Origin: an uncultured Candidatus Saccharibacteria bacterium
GTDB lineage: Bacteria; Patescibacteriota; Saccharimonadia; Saccharimonadales; VXPC01
Reading direction: 5' to 3'
Length of the DNA: 64,000 nucleotides
Assembly (NCBI GenBank): GCA_964534605.1
Contig: CAZHOS010000001.1
Coordinates: 39,198 to 103,197 of the forward strand
In this document: positions 20,335 to 30,650 of the stretch, one piece after another
Layout of the letters: every line of letters begins with the position of its first letter
Numbering within the stretch: position 1 is the stretch's first letter
Position numbers and translations under genes: made by a program
The notes under the pieces: generated by a model
Told to the model about the DNA's origin: nothing
What the model saw: the letters and a program-made list of their open reading frames with translations, nothing else
The model's database searches: none

Positions 20335-23256
20335 ATGAAGAAGACCAAGAAGAAAATTTCTCACACAGCGAAGAAAGTACGTAAGCCTGTAAAAAAGGCT
20401 CGTAAGGTTGCGTCCAATGCTAAGGTCAAGCGCAAAGTAAAAAAACAAGCGCGCACCCAAAAACAGGCCGAGTATCTGAGCACCCTACCGAAAGGTAGGT
20501 TTAAGCGAATGCTATGGCGCCTGCACCCCAAACGCGTAGCTCGTTACTGGTTTAGTCGCCGTGGTTTGATTATGGGCCTTAGGCTGGCTGGTGTAGGACT
20601 TTTTGTTGGATTAGCCTTCTTGTTCGGACTATTTGCCTTTTACCGCAAGGATCTACCTACAGATATTGCTCAGTTGCAAGCCTGTGTTCAAGGCCAAACA
20701 ACAGAATACTATGACAGTACTGGCGAGACTCTGCTGTGGGCCAGTCAAGGCGACGTTGATTGTACGCCAGTAGACCTTGCTCAGATTAACGATACGCTCG
20801 TACAAGCGGTTCTAGCCGTCGAGGATCAAAAATTTTTTGAACACAGTGGTTTTGACTGGCGTGGTGTTCTGCGAGCGGGGATTAACAACGTTACTGGAGG
20901 CCGCCAACAAGGTGGATCGACTATTACTCAGCAATACGTAAAAAACGCGATCTTGCAAAATAACGAAAAACTTTACTCTAGAAAGATTAAAGAATTAATA
21001 CTCTCTGTCGAGTTGTCGAGATCCTTCTCTAAAGAAGAAGTCCTAAACGCCTACTTAAATGTAGCCTCATTCGGCTCGGTCTACGACGGAATAGAGGCTG
21101 CCAGCCGAGGTTATTTCGAGAAGCCTGCAGCCGACCTAACACTAGACGAGTCAGCCTTACTAGCAGCAGCCATCCCTGCCCCAACCTTTTACTGGAATAG
21201 CCCAGAAGACCACGTAGTGCGCCAACAATTTGTATTGCGGTCTATGCTTGATCAAGGCCGTATAACGCAAGCAGAATTTGACGCAGCTATGGATGTAGAC
21301 ACATTGGCCAAGGTCGTAGATAGTCGCAACCAGTACGAAGGAATCATCGCCCCGCACTTTGTACTAGAAGCAGAGCAGCGTCTAGTAGATGAGTTTGGCG
21401 AGGGCATCCACCGGCTCGGGCTCCAAGTCATAACGACCATAGATCTAGAAGCCCAAGAACTAGCCGAGCAATCTATCGAGGACGCTATCCCAAGTATCGA
21501 GGCCCGTGGCTTTGACAACGGCGCAGCTGTGGCTGTCGACACCGAAACAGGCAAAGTGATCGCACTCGTAGGATCGCGCGACTTTGACTTCCCTGGCTAT
21601 GGCCAAAGCAATGTCGTTGCCCAGCAGCGAGACCCAGGCTCGGCATTCAAGATATTCGACTATGCGTCTGTTATCGAGAACACTACCGATTACGGTGCTG
21701 GTAGTATCTTCTATGACTACAAGACAGAGTTGGCGCGTGATTGGGAGCCAAAGAACTATAATGGCCTCCACAACGGTCCTGTCACTGCCCGGTTCTCTCT
21801 TGGTCAATCCTTTAACATCCCAGCCATTAAGGCTATGTACATAGCAGGTATAGAGGAAACCCACTTGTTAGCCCGCGAAGCTGGCCTACGCACACCGGTA
21901 GTTTGTGGACAAAGCGGAGTCTGTGGTCTTGCTACCGCCTTTGGATCAGGAGCCGAGCTTCGTCTAGACGAACTTACAAACTCCTACGCAACGTTTAGCC
22001 GCGAAGGTACATATCAACCCCTTACCTACATAGACCAGGTTATTGATGCGGACGGCGAAGTAATCAAAAAATGGGAGGCAGCACCCGAAGACGTTATTGA
22101 CCCTCAGACTGCCTACATCCTGACCAACATACTAACTGATGACTCTGTCCGCTTTGCACGCAACACGTTCACCGTGCCGGGTGTAACTACAGCTGTAAAG
22201 ACAGGTACAGATGACGGGTTCAAAAACAACACTGTATTAGGCTATAGCAAGTCTGTCGCCTTTGGAGCCTGGTTTGGTCACCACGACATTACTAGAAGCT
22301 TTAGTGAGTCCAATACTACACCTGTGCGTGCGGCTATATTCCGCTCGTTCATGAGCGCTTACCACAAGGACCTGCCAGAATCTGCCAAGAACAATTGGCA
22401 AGAGCCTGAGGGTATCAAGAGAGTCCAGATAGATCCTATCACCGGGTTCCAAGTAGCCTCTGGTGGGCGTGTAGACATTTACCCATCATGGTATGTCCCC
22501 AAGACCCAAGACACCCAGGAAGAAGTCGAGATCGACTCAGTCAGTGGAGGCCTAGCAACCGAATGTACGCCAGAGCGTGCCATCCAGATTGTTACCGGCG
22601 GCAACATCAATGCCGAACTGCCAGAGGATGACCCTTACTTTAACGAATGGAACGGCCCAGTCTTAGCAGCCCTCGGTAACGTGGCTGGCGGAGCTGTACC
22701 AACAGAAGATGACGACCTCCACGACTGCGGTGATAACCGACCGAGCGTAAGCTTTGTCAGCGTACCGGCTCTCTGTGATCAGACCTGTGCTATTACAGTT
22801 GACCTACAAAGAGGTACGCATGCTCTAGAGACAGTCAACTTTAGTGTCGACGGGCAAATACTACCCGGCGGATCTATTAGTACCGGAGATGGTGGTGGTC
22901 AGATAGTATTTAACTTCGAGCCAGACTTTAGCGGATCAAAGGCCCTAAATGTGGAGGTGGTTGACTCTGCCCTCTATGACGCAAGCATAAACAGGACTAT
23001 TGTGTTCGAGCAGACCGTACCAGTAGCGCTCGAGGACATAACAGTCGGTAGTGGATTTATAAATGTTAGCTGGAATCGTCCAGAGAACGGCCTCGAGCTC
23101 GACTTTGGCGGGGCATGCGACGGAGAAGCTAACGCAGTCCTACCAGGCGGCAGTGCAAGTACGATCATCGATACAGAGGATTTTCCGACTGGCAGCTGCA
23201 ATGCAACACTGATCAATAACGGCGCTGGTGTTAACACTATCAGTTTCGACCTATAA
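20335..23256 (+). CDS. Class A penicillin-binding protein (PBP1A-like) with C-terminal Ig-like extension
   Basis: EDQKFFEHSG, GGSTITQQYVKN, RKIKE transglycosylase motifs; SAFK, SFN, KTG transpeptidase motifs. Confidence 0.93.
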   Translation: MKKTKKKISHTAKKVRKPVKKARKVASNAKVKRKVKKQARTQKQAEYLSTLPKGRFKRMLWRLHPKRVARYWFSRRGLIMGLRLAGVGLFVGLAFLFGLFAFYRKDLPTDIAQLQACVQGQTTEYYDSTGETLLWASQGDVDCTPVDLAQINDTLVQAVLAVEDQKFFEHSGFDWRGVLRAGINNVTGGRQQGGSTITQQYVKNAILQNNEKLYSRKIKELILSVELSRSFSKEEVLNAYLNVASFGSVYDGIEAASRGYFEKPAADLTLDESALLAAAIPAPTFYWNSPEDHVVRQQFVLRSMLDQGRITQAEFDAAMDVDTLAKVVDSRNQYEGIIAPHFVLEAEQRLVDEFGEGIHRLGLQVITTIDLEAQELAEQSIEDAIPSIEARGFDNGAAVAVDTETGKVIALVGSRDFDFPGYGQSNVVAQQRDPGSAFKIFDYASVIENTTDYGAGSIFYDYKTELARDWEPKNYNGLHNGPVTARFSLGQSFNIPAIKAMYIAGIEETHLLAREAGLRTPVVCGQSGVCGLATAFGSGAELRLDELTNSYATFSREGTYQPLTYIDQVIDADGEVIKKWEAAPEDVIDPQTAYILTNILTDDSVRFARNTFTVPGVTTAVKTGTDDGFKNNTVLGYSKSVAFGAWFGHHDITRSFSESNTTPVRAAIFRSFMSAYHKDLPESAKNNWQEPEGIKRVQIDPITGFQVASGGRVDIYPSWYVPKTQDTQEEVEIDSVSGGLATECTPERAIQIVTGGNINAELPEDDPYFNEWNGPVLAALGNVAGGAVPTEDDDLHDCGDNRPSVSFVSVPALCDQTCAITVDLQRGTHALETVNFSVDGQILPGGSISTGDGGGQIVFNFEPDFSGSKALNVEVVDSALYDASINRTIVFEQTVPVALEDITVGSGFINVSWNRPENGLELDFGGACDGEANAVLPGGSASTIIDTEDFPTGSCNATLINNGAGVNTISFDL

Positions 23257-23268
23257 GAGTAGTTAGTA

Positions 23269-24234
23269 GTGATAAGAAGACTATCCGGCGGCTTTGCAAT
23301 AGGGCTCGTTATGGGGCTGGCTATATTTGCCTTCCTTAACCCCTATTCGTTCCCGGACTGGTGGACACTACGGTCGTACACGCCGTCTGCAGAAATAGAG
23401 GCGTTAGCCAAAAACAGCTTCTTTACGAGCGAAGCCGAGCGCCTATTCTATGTGCACGATCCAAAGCTGCAATCATCCGAGGAATTTATGTCTAACTGCC
23501 CTGTCGAGGAGACTGTCGTGTTAGGTTGCTACGACGGTAGAGGCATCTATATATTCGAGGTAGAAGAAGAGCAGCTAGATGGCATAGAGGAAGTAACGGC
23601 AGCTCATGAAATGCTGCATGCAGCCTACGCCAGATTAAGCAACAGCGACCAACAAGAGGTTGTCGAGTGGTTAAATATCACATTCGACCAGGTATCTGAC
23701 CAGCGCATCAGAGACGTTGTGGCGACCTACGAGTCACAGGGACAAGACGTTATCGATAACGAACTCCACTCTATCCTTGCAACAGAGCTAGAAGAGTTGC
23801 CAGAATTCCTAGAAGACTACTATTCGCAGTATTTTACAGATAGATCGCAGGTCGTTGCCCTCAGCCAGCAATATGAGGCAGTGTTTACGGCCCTTAAAGA
23901 TCAGGTAGACAACCTAGATATGCAGTTATCAGATCTATCGGCCAGCATCCGCCTACTGGAAGCTTCACTAGAGACACAGGGCGATACTATCAATACCGAG
24001 CGTGAGCGTATCAGTACGCTGCTAGACAACGATGATATCCCAGCCTACAACCAGGCGATTCCAGGCTTTAACCAATCTATCGACGCCTACAACCAGGACT
24101 TCGCACAACTAGAAGTCTTGATCGCAGAGTTTAACGACCTCGTCAAACAGCGCAACAGTATTGCAACCGAGCAAAATAATCTTGTCGAGAGCATTGATAG
24201 TAACTTTAGCCAGCAAGAAGGCTCTGGTGGCTAA
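23269..24234 (+). CDS. Membrane-anchored HExxH (zincin-like) protein with coiled-coil C-terminus
   Basis: N-terminal TM, AAHEMLHAAY, NELHS, heptad-rich tail. Confidence 0.75.
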   Translation: MIRRLSGGFAIGLVMGLAIFAFLNPYSFPDWWTLRSYTPSAEIEALAKNSFFTSEAERLFYVHDPKLQSSEEFMSNCPVEETVVLGCYDGRGIYIFEVEEEQLDGIEEVTAAHEMLHAAYARLSNSDQQEVVEWLNITFDQVSDQRIRDVVATYESQGQDVIDNELHSILATELEELPEFLEDYYSQYFTDRSQVVALSQQYEAVFTALKDQVDNLDMQLSDLSASIRLLEASLETQGDTINTERERISTLLDNDDIPAYNQAIPGFNQSIDAYNQDFAQLEVLIAEFNDLVKQRNSIATEQNNLVESIDSNFSQQEGSGG

Positions 24235-25555
24235 ATCTACCGCCAGCTACCTATGCAGCTCGTGTGGGGCCAAGAGCAATCAATGGAGCGGTAAATGCTT
24301 CGAGTGTGGAGATTGGGGCAGCCTAGAGGCTGACCAAGCAGCAACGCTGAATGTTAGTGCCGGTTCCGGTAAACAAGTAAGCGGTAAAAAGATCCAAGCC
24401 TCCCCTATTAGCAAAAAGACAAAGGGTATCGATAGCCACCGCTTAAGCACTGGCACCAAAGAAGTTGACCAAGTACTAGGGGGAGGCGTTGTGCAGGGCT
24501 CTGTTGTACTGCTAGCAGGACAGCCAGGAGCAGGTAAAAGCACTTTGCTGCTGCAAGTAGCTGCATATCTGGGCAAAAGCAGCAAAACAATCTATATTAG
24601 CGGCGAGGAGTCAGAGCGCCAGGTAAGCTCCCGCGCCAATCGTCTCAAGCTAGGTGCCACAGACCTGCAGTTGGCTAGCAACAATTCAGCCGACGACATC
24701 GCCGCTACTATCGCCAGCGGTGATTATGACGCCGTTATTGTTGACTCTATACAAACCATCAATACTAGCAGCTCTAGCGGTGTACAGGGTGGTGTATCGC
24801 AGATAGTCAACTCCACCCATATGCTAATCAATGCTGCCAAGCAAAGTGACACGGCTCTAATCCTCGTTGGTCACGTCACCAAAGAAGGCAACATCGCCGG
24901 CCCCAAGCTGCTCGAGCACCTTGTCGATGTTGTGCTACAGCTAGAGGGTGATAAGTTTGTAGGGTTCAAGCTGCTGCGAGGGCGCAAGAACCGCTACGGC
25001 TCTGTCGACGAAGTAGCCGTTATGGAAATGGGAGAGCTAGGCATGCATCCTGTCGATAACCCTTCGGCCGCTTTGCTAGAGGAGCGTCAACTAACAGACG
25101 GCTCGGTAATATTTGCGGCCATGGAGGGTACCAAGCCACTACTTGTAGAGATCCAGGCGCTCACTAACAAATCAGCCTTCGGTTACCCCAAACGCACAGC
25201 TGTGGGCTTTAGCCAAAATCGACTCAACTTGATAATCGCAATACTCGAGAAACGCACCAAACTATCGCTAAGTGACATAGACATCTATATATCAGTTAGC
25301 GGCGGCCTAACTATTACAGAGCCTGCAGCAGACCTAGCCGTAGCCATGGCCATCGCTAGCAGCGCCAAAGGGCTGGCGCTACCCAAAGACGCCGCCGTCT
25401 ACGGCGAAGTTGGCCTGGGCGGCGAGATCCGCCGAGTAATTTTTGCCGACAAGCGGGCGAAAGAAGCTAAGAAGGTCGGCTTCAAGACCGTGATTGGCCC
25501 AGCTAGTACCAAAAAACTAGATTTAAAGTCACTCCTTAATACTTACCTAAAGTAG
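24227..25555 (+). CDS. radA: DNA repair protein RadA/Sms
   Basis: CSSCG...CFECG zinc finger, GQPGAGKSTL, KNRYG motif; GTG start. Confidence 0.97.
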   Translation: MAKSTASYLCSSCGAKSNQWSGKCFECGDWGSLEADQAATLNVSAGSGKQVSGKKIQASPISKKTKGIDSHRLSTGTKEVDQVLGGGVVQGSVVLLAGQPGAGKSTLLLQVAAYLGKSSKTIYISGEESERQVSSRANRLKLGATDLQLASNNSADDIAATIASGDYDAVIVDSIQTINTSSSSGVQGGVSQIVNSTHMLINAAKQSDTALILVGHVTKEGNIAGPKLLEHLVDVVLQLEGDKFVGFKLLRGRKNRYGSVDEVAVMEMGELGMHPVDNPSAALLEERQLTDGSVIFAAMEGTKPLLVEIQALTNKSAFGYPKRTAVGFSQNRLNLIIAILEKRTKLSLSDIDIYISVSGGLTITEPAADLAVAMAIASSAKGLALPKDAAVYGEVGLGGEIRRVIFADKRAKEAKKVGFKTVIGPASTKKLDLKSLLNTYLK

Positions 25556-25580
25556 GTTCATGCCTCCTTTTTATGCGGTC

Positions 25581-25867
25581 AATGGCACAGCCTTTATATA
25601 ACCCTTCCAATACTTTTTCTCAAAAAGTATCACAAGAACACCCCAGCGGTAATCAGAAGACAGACTAGCAAAAACCTTTACCTACAATCAGCAGCCTGCG
25701 GGACTCCCTCTGGTCGGTCTGAGTTAGCTAAAAGCCAACAACCAGACTGATCCTCGCCTGAATGACTGCAGGCAAGAGTTTTAGGCTAATCTGTTCTGAT
25801 TAATGCTGGGAATAGAGGTAAAGCCAGCTCGCTGGCTTTAGAGTTAGTGATTGCGGCTACGCCGCTC
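25581..25867. repeat. Dispersed structured repeat family R1, copy 1
   Basis: Shares caatactttttctcaaaaagtat, caccccagcggtaatc and acaatcagcagcctgcgggactccctctggtcggtctgag with 37711-38000; largely also with 46315-46684 (reverse). Confidence 0.9.
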
Positions 25868-25902
25868 TGCTCGTTACACACCTTTAGTCTGCTGATACAT
25901 TT

Positions 25903-25931
25903 TTGACATTATTTGTCTTTTCTGGTAAAAT
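25903..25931 (+). promoter_or_regulatory. Near-consensus sigma70 promoter
   Basis: TTGACA-17 nt-TAAAAT with TG extension. Confidence 0.75.
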
Positions 25932-26083
25932 AATTTTATCAACTTTAGGTTGAGTACATCACATTTTTGCTGATTTTAAGGCAGGATTAGAGCTCATTTT
26001 AAGTGGACTGTAATCCTGTCTTAAAAAGACAGTGGGCAAATCGCCCTTCTGATGTAAATCAGAGTTAGGGCAAGGAGCCCATT

Positions 26084-26479
26084 ATGAAGACTGAGATATA
26101 TGTATCTCGGAAATTGTCCGGTGACTTGAAGTCTAGGACCGGCCGAGAATTAGCGGCGCATATTGAGTTCATGCACTCCGTGTGTGCTGCACTCCCAAGT
26201 CTGCTTGAAAAAGCTGGCGTACCGTATGACACGGACGATGGCTACTCGGTAGAGTGGCCAGCATGGCCAGTGGTTCGTGTTGGTCCGATTATCGCTGGGA
26301 TTCACGTTGAAGACGGTGAACCCGTCATTGACGTGCAGCACAAAGATCTGGCCTTGCCTTTCAGCGATGAACAGCTCGCAGTCCATACGCTCGGAAGGTT
26401 AGAGCTAGGCAGTGCTCAGTTGAGCACTCTAGAGCTAGGAGTCAACGCTATGGTTGGTCGAGCCTCCTCTCTGCAATAG
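26084..26479 (+). CDS. Hypothetical protein (orphan)
   Basis: 131-aa ORF with AAGGAG SD, own promoter and terminator. Confidence 0.75.
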   Translation: MKTEIYVSRKLSGDLKSRTGRELAAHIEFMHSVCAALPSLLEKAGVPYDTDDGYSVEWPAWPVVRVGPIIAGIHVEDGEPVIDVQHKDLALPFSDEQLAVHTLGRLELGSAQLSTLELGVNAMVGRASSLQ

Positions 26480-26492
26480 CGAACGTGATGTA

Positions 26493-26523
26493 GGGGCCCC
26501 TTCGGGGGTCTCTTTGTCTTTTG
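26493..26523 (+). terminator. Intrinsic terminator
   Basis: GGGGCCCC-TTCG-GGGGTCTC then TTTGTCTTTT. Confidence 0.8.
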
Positions 26524-26620
26524 GGCTACCAAAAAACTAGCGACTTCGCTACCGGCCTTCTTAACGCCGATAATTTATCTCATGATGCCTAAGCTCTACT
26601 AGCCTACTAAATGGACTGAA

Positions 26621-29095
26621 CTACTCGACAATAGATTCCACTGTGGGGGTTTTGTCTTTTAGGCTCAGATCTACGACGCTGCCCTCTTCTATTTCACCTG
26701 ATAGTAAGCTCTCAGCAATGCGATCCTCTAGCTCTTCTTGGATGAGGCGGCGGAGTGGGCGGACGCCGTTCTTGGCGTCGTAACCGGTACTCACGAGCCA
26801 TTTTTTAAGCTGCGTACTGGTCTTCATGCCCAGCTTGCGGTTAAGCAGTCTGCGCGCCAGATCGTCTAGTTGAATGTTAACAATCTTGCCGACATCTTTG
26901 CGCGACAGCGCACGGAAGACAATCGTTTTGTCCAACCTGTTTAACAGCTCTGGCTTCATGAAGGATTTTAGCTCGTCGCGAACTTTGCGCTCGTTCTCGC
27001 GGTGTAATTTGTCAACTTGCTTTTGATCTGTGTCGCTCTTGGCAGAAAAGCCCAAGGAGACTTCTTTTTGTAGCTCTTTAGCGCCTAGGTTACTAGTTAG
27101 GATAACTATCGTATTGCTAAAGTTAACAGTGCGACCCTTGGCGTCAGTTAGCACTCCGTCCTCTAACAGCTGCAGCAGCATATTAAATACATCTGGGTGA
27201 GCCTTCTCGACCTCGTCAAACAGTACCAGGCTGTAGGGTTGGCGCCGGATCTTTTCGGTCAACTGGCCACTCTCGTCGTAGCCTACGTAGCCGGCTGGGG
27301 CGCCCAGCAGACGCGAAACAGTGTGCCTCTCGCCAAACTCTGACATATCTATCTTTATTAAAGCGTCGTCGTTGCCGTAAAACTCTTTGGCTAGCGAGCG
27401 GGCAAGCTCTGTCTTACCAACGCCTGTTGGCCCCAAAAAGAGGAAGCTGCCTATCGGGCGCTTGGCATCGGATATGCCGCTGCGGCTACGTCTAATAGCA
27501 CGCGACACAGCCTCGACAGCTTCTTGTTGCCCAATAATATGCTTGCCCAGACGCTTTTCGAGGCTTAGCAGAGCCTTGGCCTCGGACTTGACGACCTGCA
27601 TAACTGGCACGCCTGTCCAAATAGATATAACCTTGGCAACCTCCTCGGAATCTAGCTTTAGCTTTTGTTTGACACCGCCTTGTTTGCGGAGGTCTGCCTG
27701 AGTACTTTCTAACTGGGCGATCTTCTGTTTGTAGGCAGCAGCTTTCTCGTAGTCTTCGTCCTCGACAGCGTCGTCCATACGCACTTTTAGCATCTGAATA
27801 TCCTTTAGCACAGCTCGCGCCTTGGGGTCTACTTTACCCTTGCTAACTCGCAGATGGGCACAAGCTTCGTCTAGTAGGTCTATGGCCTTGTCAGGCATAA
27901 ATCGGTCATTAATGTAGCGATCGGCTAGATTTACGGTGTCCTGTAATACTTCGTCATCAATACTTAGGCCATGGAAATCCTCGTATTTGTGCTTTAGTCC
28001 GCGCAGTACTGCTAGCGTCTCTTGCTTGGTTGTCTCTGGCACTATTATCGGCTGGAAACGGCGCTCGAGTGCCGCGTCTTTCTCGATATGTTTGCCGTAC
28101 TCGTCGGTGGTGGTGGCGCCGATAACCTGGATCTTACCACGCGCCAATGCAGGCTTGAGGATATTACCAGCATCTATTGCTCCCTCAGCAGCACCAGCGC
28201 CCACTATCAGGTGTAGCTCGTCTATAAATACTATGGTGTCTTTGCTATCACTAAGCTCGCTCATGACTTTCTTGAGGCGATCCTCGAACTCACCACGGTA
28301 TTTGGTGCCAGCAATCATGCCAGGTAGGTCTAACATAACAATCCGCTTCTCCAGCAAGCTGTCAGGCACATCGTCGTTGACAATACGCTGGGCAAGTCCC
28401 TCGACTATAGCTGTTTTACCTACACCAGGTTCACCGATGAGGACTGGGTTGTTCTTGCTACGGCGATTAAGGATGGTCACCATGCGCTTGACCTGTACGT
28501 CACGCCCAACAACTGGGTCTAGCTTACCCTGCTTGGCCATATCGGTCAGATCGGTGCCAAAGTAATCTAGGGCAGACTTGCCTTTCTTGGACGTCTTGGA
28601 CTTCCCAATACGGGCAGACGAACCGTCGAGACCTTGTTTGCCGAGCAAGCTCTCCATAGCGAGATGCAGCTTGTGCAGGTCGACATTCATGTCGCGTAAC
28701 AACACCGTTGCTCGGGCGTTCTTTTGGGCCAGGATACTATAGAGAATGTGCTCGGTGCCACACATGTCTTGGTTAAATTCCTGGGCAACGTCCCAGCTCA
28801 TACGCAAGGTCAGCTTGGCTGTTTCGGACAGACCTTTACTCTGGGCATTGAGCACCATTGTCTTAGGGGCTAAATTAAGGGCTAGCCGGGCGCGGTCATA
28901 ACTAATCCCAGCATCGCTAAGCATCTTGGCACCAAGGGAAGGCTGCTGGCGTAGTACACCCAATAAAATATGCTCGGTACCTACGTATGCTGCGCCTAGC
29001 TCTGCAGATATAACGTCTGCATGCTTGAGACTCTTGAGCGCATTGTCGCTAAAGTTGGTTAAGAATTCTTCGAATCCGGAGTTATCTGATGCCAT
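26621..29095 (-). CDS. clpC: ATP-dependent Clp protease ATP-binding subunit ClpC
   Basis: Clp-N repeats, GEPGVGKT and GPTGVGKT Walker A motifs, UVR-type middle domain. Confidence 0.95.
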   Translation of the reverse strand: MASDNSGFEEFLTNFSDNALKSLKHADVISAELGAAYVGTEHILLGVLRQQPSLGAKMLSDAGISYDRARLALNLAPKTMVLNAQSKGLSETAKLTLRMSWDVAQEFNQDMCGTEHILYSILAQKNARATVLLRDMNVDLHKLHLAMESLLGKQGLDGSSARIGKSKTSKKGKSALDYFGTDLTDMAKQGKLDPVVGRDVQVKRMVTILNRRSKNNPVLIGEPGVGKTAIVEGLAQRIVNDDVPDSLLEKRIVMLDLPGMIAGTKYRGEFEDRLKKVMSELSDSKDTIVFIDELHLIVGAGAAEGAIDAGNILKPALARGKIQVIGATTTDEYGKHIEKDAALERRFQPIIVPETTKQETLAVLRGLKHKYEDFHGLSIDDEVLQDTVNLADRYINDRFMPDKAIDLLDEACAHLRVSKGKVDPKARAVLKDIQMLKVRMDDAVEDEDYEKAAAYKQKIAQLESTQADLRKQGGVKQKLKLDSEEVAKVISIWTGVPVMQVVKSEAKALLSLEKRLGKHIIGQQEAVEAVSRAIRRSRSGISDAKRPIGSFLFLGPTGVGKTELARSLAKEFYGNDDALIKIDMSEFGERHTVSRLLGAPAGYVGYDESGQLTEKIRRQPYSLVLFDEVEKAHPDVFNMLLQLLEDGVLTDAKGRTVNFSNTIVILTSNLGAKELQKEVSLGFSAKSDTDQKQVDKLHRENERKVRDELKSFMKPELLNRLDKTIVFRALSRKDVGKIVNIQLDDLARRLLNRKLGMKTSTQLKKWLVSTGYDAKNGVRPLRRLIQEELEDRIAESLLSGEIEEGSVVDLSLKDKTPTVESIVE

Positions 29096-29140
29096 ATGTA
29101 CTGATATACCCTATATTAAGTACCTTAATATTACCTGAAT

Positions 29141-29167
29141 CTGGCACTCTATGCAAGCGAGTGCCAA
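29141..29167. promoter_or_regulatory. CIRCE (HrcA operator) upstream of clpC
   Basis: CTGGCACTC-tatgcaagc-GAGTGCCAA, CIRCE-like inverted repeat with 9-nt spacer. Confidence 0.85.
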
Positions 29168-29237
29168 ACAGCGAAGTTTTTAAGTTAAAAGTAGTGAAGT
29201 AGCACTTTTATTTTTTTACAAAATAATGTTCGCTAGA

Positions 29238-29405
29238 CTAGTCTTGCGGTGGATTGTTCTTCAGTGTCTCTAAAAGGCTGTTTTCAAGGTCTTCTTTTTT
29301 CTTGAGCTTTACAGGCTGCACCTTTTTGTATGGTTTGCTGGGGCGTCTTTTACGATCGTTAAAATTACGGCGGGATCGTCCGTTGTTATTCCTTTGCTGG
29401 TTCAT
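29238..29405 (-). CDS. Putative 55-aa basic protein overlapping the nusA 3' end
   Basis: AGGAGG-6 nt-ATG inside nusA; C-terminus KLKKKEDLENSLLETL mirrors NusA KLKKKEELESSLLDTL. Confidence 0.6.
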   Translation of the reverse strand: MNQQRNNNGRSRRNFNDRKRRPSKPYKKVQPVKLKKKEDLENSLLETLKNNPPQD

Positions 29406-30558
29406 CGGCGGCCTCCTTGGCTTCCTTTGGTGCATCTGCGGCTTCTTCTAGAGTATCTAATAGGCTGCTCTCGAGTTCTTCTTTCTTTTTGAGCTTGGTT
29501 GGCTTGGCTTTGGGTACTTCGGCCTCGTCTACGATGTCTATCTCGTAGCCTGTTAGACGGCCAGCAAGACGAACATTCTGTCCGGCTCTACCGATAGCGA
29601 TACTTAGCTGGTCATTGGCAACTACTACGCGGGCACGCTTTTCTTTCTCGTCTAGGGTTACGCTAAGAATCTCTGTTGGGCTAAGAGCGTTGGTGATGTA
29701 CTCTTTGGTATCTTCTGCCCAAACAATGATGTCGATCTTTTCTTGTTCGCCGATCTCGGAGTTTACGGACTGGACACGGACACCGTGACCACCAACAAAT
29801 GTGCCAACGGGGTCTACGTTAGGAACGTTGCTAGCAACAGCTAGCTTGGTGCGCACACCGGGTTCGCGGGCCATCTCTTTAATCTCCACTGCGCCGCTCT
29901 CCATCTCTGGAACTTCTGATGCAAATAGTAGACTCATAAACTCTGTGCTACCTCGACTAAGGATAAGCTGTGGACCACGGAAGCCTTTCTCGACATCCTT
30001 AAGCAGGACCTTAAGGCGCTGGCCAGGATGGTAGCGCTCGCCTTGGATCTGTTCGCTGGCGGGCATAATGCCTTGTGCACGACCTAGCTCGAACCGGACG
30101 ATACGAGCCTCGACGCGGGTCACGATGGCGTTAACAATACTGCCTATCTTGCCCTCGTACTCTTCCATAACGATCTCTCGCTCGGCCTCGCGTAGACGCT
30201 GCAGTATTACTTGCTTAGCTGTCTGGGCCGCGACACGACCAAAAGTTTCGGCCTTGTGATGCGCCTCTAGAACATCGCCGACTACGGCGTCTTTTTTGCG
30301 CTTCTGGGCTTGCTCGACGGTTAGCTGACTGGCCTCTTCTTCGACTTCTTCGACGACTTCGTGCATAACGTAGACATCTACTTCGCCGGTGTTTATGTTA
30401 ATTGTACTGCGGACATTCTGGTCGCGCTCGCCGTAGTCGCGGCGCCAGGCAGCGGCCAAAGCCTGCTCAACTGCCTCTTGAACGATCTCTTCTGGGAGGT
30501 TTTTTTCCTCGGCTAGCGTCTTGAGCGCTAGAACCATCTGTTTTACATCTAAGTTCAT
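29386..30558 (-). CDS. nusA: Transcription termination factor NusA
   Basis: FGRVAAQTAKQVI, S1 and KH domains, AIGRAGQNVRLA. Confidence 0.98.
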   Translation of the reverse strand: MNLDVKQMVLALKTLAEEKNLPEEIVQEAVEQALAAAWRRDYGERDQNVRSTININTGEVDVYVMHEVVEEVEEEASQLTVEQAQKRKKDAVVGDVLEAHHKAETFGRVAAQTAKQVILQRLREAEREIVMEEYEGKIGSIVNAIVTRVEARIVRFELGRAQGIMPASEQIQGERYHPGQRLKVLLKDVEKGFRGPQLILSRGSTEFMSLLFASEVPEMESGAVEIKEMAREPGVRTKLAVASNVPNVDPVGTFVGGHGVRVQSVNSEIGEQEKIDIIVWAEDTKEYITNALSPTEILSVTLDEKEKRARVVVANDQLSIAIGRAGQNVRLAGRLTGYEIDIVDEAEVPKAKPTKLKKKEELESSLLDTLEEAADAPKEAKEAADEPAKE

Positions 30559-30588
30559 GTATTACTCCTGTTGTCTTAGGTCACCTAT

Positions 30589-30613
30589 AAAAAATTCCGA
30601 CCTGCAGGCCGGA
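30589..30613 (-). terminator. Attenuator-like hairpin in the nusA leader
   Basis: TCCGGCC-tgca-GGTCGGA-ATTTTTT between an extended -10 (TGcTATTAT) and the nusA SD. Confidence 0.6.
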
Positions 30614-30650
30614 TGTGATGGATACATAATAGCACTAAACTATATGACTA

